From Utricularia gibba (taxonomy: Eukaryota; Plantae; Magnoliophyta): a DNA stretch of 64,000 nt. A program made the translations under genes and the position numbers. Of the stretch, positions 59,505-64,000 are shown piece after piece. How positions within the stretch are numbered: position 1 is the stretch's first letter; every line of letters begins with the position of its first letter. The notes beneath the pieces were generated by a model. It was given only the letters and a program-made list of their open reading frames with translations, did not search any database and had not been told where the DNA came from. The stretch is taken from the NCBI GenBank assembly GCA_002189035.1, contig NEEC01000002.1, positions 6,510,001-6,574,000 of the forward strand, given 5' to 3'.

Positions 59505-60609
59505 ATGGCTCCTTCCATCCCAATCTACTGCAGCAGAATCTGCAGCTGTTTAATCAGCAGCAGCAGCGAGAAGAGAGTTTCCGTGGAGGCGCCCATTTCG
59601 GATGCTCCCAATTCCGGTCTCCTAAGAGGAAGAAGGTGAAGTAGCACAGAAACAGCACATCTTTGTTTGCAGATGCATGAGTTCTCTTCAATGGTGGGTG
59701 CAGGGAAATACTGTTGAGGTGCAGTGAAATTGCGGTTCTTGGAGCCATCTTAAACATGAGGTACTCAATCGATTACTTGGGTAGCTTTCCCTTTAGAATC
59801 ACTTTTGAATTGAACAAACCTATTGGGATTGATTTCCGATTTGAAGTGGGAAGAAGCCGGATTACTTGGGGGTGCAGAAAAACCCACCAGGACTAGCTCT
59901 TTGCCCTGCCACCAACAACTGTATATCAACTTCGGAAAACATCAGTGATTTCACACACTACGCTCCCCCTTGGTAAGTCGAAGAAGCTATAATTTAGCAG
60001 TAAATGAGCTCAGTTTGACATGATTTTTTATAGGAATTACAATCCAAAGGAGGGCCGTGGAAGCAAGAAACCAGTGAGCAAACAACAAGCTATGGAGGAG
60101 CTAATCACAGTGGTAAACATACAACTGCTAACAGATGCAGAACATTTTCAGTAGCAAAGGGGCTGAGTATTATCCCTTGCTTACAGATAAAGTCTACAAA
60201 ACCAGATAAATTCACACCAAGAATAAAGGAAAAAACTGAAGACTACGTAAGGGTGGAGTATGAAAGCCCGGTCTTGGGGGTAAGCTTTGAGATGAAGCAA
60301 ACTGGCACATGCTGGGAACTCCCTGCACTTGCTGCTAATGCAATTTGTTCTTCTTTCAGTTTGTAGATGATGTCGAGTTCTGGTTTCCACCGGGTAACAA
60401 GCCCATAGTGCAGTATCGATCAGCTTCACGCTCCGGGAATTTCGACTTCGACATCAATAGAAAGAGGATCAAGGTGATGAGATGCATTCTTCCTGTGAGC
60501 AGTTTCATGGCTGTATATCACAAATGTGTGTTTTTAACGCTCCTGAACGTTTCAGGCGTTGAGGTTAGCATTGGAGAAGAAGGGGTGGGCCTCAGAAAGG
60601 AACTTTTGA
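59505..60609 (+). CDS. DUF1499 family plastid protein (At3g60810-like); 7 exons
   Basis: KKPDYLGVQKNPPGLALCPATNNCISTSEN, HYAPPWNYNP, YVRVEYESPVLGFVDDVEFWFPPG, YRSASRSGNFDFDINRKRIKALRLALEKKGW; all junctions GT-AG and in phase. Confidence 0.92.
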
Positions 60610-62792
60610 GTGTGCAGCAATGAACTTTGCCACAGTCTGTGTGTTAAGTCTCATAAAGCAGCAGAAACCAGATTCTTTTTCGAATTACAATATAATAAAT
60701 TAGAGTAATAAATCTGTTGGGCTGTCGAGAACTTTGGGTTCACTTGGGCCAAACTGGTTCGCTCTCGGCCCAGAAAATTGGGCTTCCCGGTTATTATCCA
60801 TTTTCCAAATGAAGAGTTGCCCCTTCACGCGCTTTTATTACAAGATTGCAATGAAAGCCTCACTTTTAAATTTCTTTGAAAACACAATGAATATTTAATT
60901 TACTAAATATATATTTTTTACACCTCTTTTCATTATAAAAATAAGAGGCCAAAAAAGGAGGAAATGAAATGAATACCTAAGCCTTATATTAAAAAAAATC
61001 TTGAAGAAAAACATAAAATAAAAAATAATTGAATTAAATCCGAAACATACAATATTATACAATAGGAGTATAGATCCTTATACAATGTTGTATAGGTGTA
61101 TGGAGTTTTAAATAAAATAAAATGGAAAAACATATATTTTTTAATTATTATGCAAACAATTCTTCTAGGTATAATTAGAAAAATGCCCATTGACTTTCCC
61201 ATAGGAAAATTTTCCTCCAAATCATAAGTAGACTCCAATTGTTTTATTTCAAACTAAAAAAAAAAGGTAGGGTTCATATTCTCCCCTAATTTTTTTTCCC
61301 TCCACAAAGCCATGTCCTTATCAGGTGATGCTCCCCTCCTTTGTGACCACAACCATATTTTAAAAAAAACACTCCAAAGTAGTGTTGGTATAATCAATTA
61401 TACTATTAACCAAACACATTTTATAACTTATCTAACACAATTCATATAATTTATACTATATTTCACAATAGGATATGTGGGACTATTGAAGTTTCCAAAA
61501 AGGTAGATAGAAGGACTAATAAGAAGGCATGAAAGGTTATAAGAGTGGGAGTAAATGGCACATAACAGTAGTAATAATGATGAACAATAAACACAGAAGA
61601 AAAACACATGTCTCAATTTTCCAATTTCCACAATACATTTAAAGGGCTAAGAGATCCAACTTGCGGCTGCTTGATTTCTCTCCCTGATGCCTGTTTTTTC
61701 AACAGTGTCCATGTGGGCTACAGCTACTTGTTTAATAATTCAAGACTGAAGTAAATAAGTGTATTCAAAAAAGCATTCTCCACTCCTCCCACTTCAAGTA
61801 GGAAAATCAATACTGTTGACTCACCTGTACATCTTACTTTATATCCATTAAATGGGACCTTAGTCACATTGAACAATTAATTACATTCATAGCTCGCTCC
61901 AGTGGCACCCACTCCTCCCACATGAATCATGGGAGATATCAAAATTCATTCTTTGTTTCCATGTTGCAGGTTCTAGAACATTACATGGACACCACCCCCC
62001 GTCTCGTGTCCATCATCTGTCTCAGATGAAAACCGACTCCATTTCTCAGGTTAATAGTGTTGAAATTAAAGATTTGATGGGTGGGATGAACACATATAAA
62101 GTTCAAGTACATAAAAAATATGTATTATATTAAAAAAAATTAAATTCAATCGATTATTAGTAATTATCCTAAACAATGTGGGATTGATTGTTGTAAAATA
62201 CAGTATAAACAAATTATAGGGTTGGGGGTACGGTGTGAGGAAGAAAAGAAGCACAAGCTCATTGTTTTCTTCTGAAAGAACTGCAACTTAGCATACGCTC
62301 ACTCCCATTGTGATTCTCTTTTCAGACATCCTTCTAAATGTCTTGTCTACAATGAATGACTGCTTACTTTCATTGAAAAGAAAAGTTGGAATACCGAGAT
62401 GTAGGCATATGATGAGACAAGCTGCTAAATGTGTGCAGTCTCTTACACGACATGTACATTGTAACTATGCTCTGATTCACATCATTACACACAAATGTGC
62501 GCTCGATCGAACACTGTAATGAACGGATTCATGCAATGATCCTCAACTAAAGCCCTCAAAACTAGGAGATGGAGGTTACCATGAGGTAATAACTTCAATG
62601 TATGTAAAGTAATGCAGATTAAGTTTCTGCAACCCTAATGGGGCTCTGATATGCAGAATTTATGGTTAAGCATCTTATTAGAGAACAGGATAAGTACGGA
62701 GATGTTGAATAGTTGTTCATTCCGATGATCACGAAAATATAGCCTGTTTTTTTCACAAGATGTGTCTGTGTTTTGGTGTTTACCGTTTGTAT

Positions 62793-63596
62793 CTAAAATG
62801 GGGGACGATTCAACGAGGAACCCCAGTAAGCTTCTGTGTGCAATTGACGGGAGTCCATCACATTCGCTGGAAGCCCTTGAAAGGGGTCGTTCATCAGCTG
62901 CAAGCCTCCCACCTCTGCTGCCGCATCGCCGGGGACCTCCATTTCATCCAACGGTAGCCTCTCATACGCGGCGTTCGCGAACGAAGCAGCTACGATCATC
63001 ACTGGACCAAAGGCGATTAGTGGGCCGGCCACCATTCCTCCGACGACTTGTCCTTGGGATGCAGCGAGGTATATTGTTAACCCGGAGGCGGCCGGCGGCG
63101 CCGGTGGAGGTAGGAATGTGCCGGAGAGTGATAGAATCTCGAATCTCCCGTTTAGCGTCATGACGGCGCCGGGGGCTGTTGACTGACGGAGGGTTACGTT
63201 AGTGACTGCGCCGTTTCCGGTTAGGATGCAGAGACCTCGCTGGCGGCGGACGGCGAAGGTGGATAAACTGTCGCGAATGTCGCAGCCGCTGGTGACTTCC
63301 ATTACATGGGACCTGAGCGTGTTGCCGCTGTCGCGTGTGATGATAATGGGCGGTTTAGGTTTATTTTTCGATCCCGCAGGGCGACCCCGTGGCCGCCGGG
63401 ACGCGTCCACGGCCGAAGCGAGGATTTCCGCAGTCGTGCCGGGGGCCGAAACAGGGCTGTCGTGATCTCGACTACCGTTCCCTGTGGCTTCTTCATCAGA
63501 ATCGCGGTGGAACTGTTGCTGTTGCGGGTGAAACAGTTGTAGGTTTCCGCCGTGGAACGGCGGCGGAAGGGGACGGTTTTCACCCCGTTCTTCCAT
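62793..63596 (-). CDS. AHL: AT-hook motif nuclear-localized protein, clade A (one AT-hook plus PPC), intronless
   Basis: [91 protein letters not shown]. Confidence 0.96.
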   Translation of the reverse strand: MEERGENRPLPPPFHGGNLQLFHPQQQQFHRDSDEEATGNGSRDHDSPVSAPGTTAEILASAVDASRRPRGRPAGSKNKPKPPIIITRDSGNTLRSHVMEVTSGCDIRDSLSTFAVRRQRGLCILTGNGAVTNVTLRQSTAPGAVMTLNGRFEILSLSGTFLPPPAPPAASGLTIYLAASQGQVVGGMVAGPLIAFGPVMIVAASFANAAYERLPLDEMEVPGDAAAEVGGLQLMNDPFQGLPANVMDSRQLHTEAYWGSSLNRPPF

Positions 63597-64000
63597 TCGT
63601 CGGCAAGATCGAATCTTTCCTAAACCCCAAAAAAAAAAACGCAGAAAGCTTCAATCTTGAGCAAGAATCACGGAGGAGCAAGCATTGTTCATCAGATAAA
63701 AAGGGTTAGAAATGGCCAATTAGAGAGGGGTTAGGAGCTAATTGTTCTAGGGTTTGGTCAATGAAAAGAGGGTTTGACTTATGTAGATCTATGATCAAGA
63801 TAAGTGGTGGCGATCACCCCATTCACCCTCTCCCCCTTCCCCATCTACTTTATATACCATACAATTATCATCAAAACCAGATGTATTGAATTGAACTGAA
63901 GAAACCATCAATGGCCATCCATATGTCTCAGAGAACCGGAATGAGCTCGATAATCATGGCGCTCAGTTATGAAACTCCGGCGGGGAGCATTTGAAATGCC

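Noticed and set aside
61960-62050. Exon-like segment with a short ATGGACAC/GTGTCCAT hairpin
   Set aside because: An 8-bp stem is too short for a miRNA precursor, and the ORF is trivial.
1-64000. CRISPR arrays, rRNA, autonomous transposons and prokaryotic systems
   Set aside because: The sequence is intron-containing plant nuclear DNA, with no repeat-spacer array, rRNA, or transposase/RT/integrase motifs.

Overview
Eukaryotic nuclear DNA from a flowering plant, apparently a eudicot. The species cannot be determined from sequence alone. The window is compact: 21 protein-coding genes could be reconstructed by hand, many with introns of only 65-100 nt, plus one tRNA-Leu(UAG) and AT-rich intergenic spacers. 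In order, the genes are an aspartic protease, an LMI1-like HD-Zip I, an LRR-III receptor kinase, a clade-B AHL, PrxIIE, DUF247, BUD31, a SOUL heme-binding protein, a MYR-type MYB-CC, an unknown plant protein, a RopGAP, a condensation-domain-like protein, a cell-wall invertase (with its 9-nt micro-exon), CAF1, a thylakoid protein, a PUB22/23-like U-box ligase, a BTB protein, an ABCG22-like transporter, an FKBP53-like protein, DUF1499 and a clade-A AHL. Main observations: (1) seven apparent single-base deletions in six genes, each at a short homopolymer, most likely assembly error; (2) a 68-nt insertion in a normally intronless PUB gene, bounded by a CCAGGTT direct repeat and exactly removable as a GT-AG intron, so a candidate recent intron gain; (3) two GC-AG introns; (4) a degenerate FKBP active site and an FECPD invertase motif; (5) three tandem copies of a ~168-bp unit; (6) several promoter-bearing or GC-richer islands with no identifiable product. 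No CRISPR array, rRNA or intact transposon was seen, and I cannot demonstrate a wholly new multi-gene system. Family assignments are from recalled motifs, not database searches.
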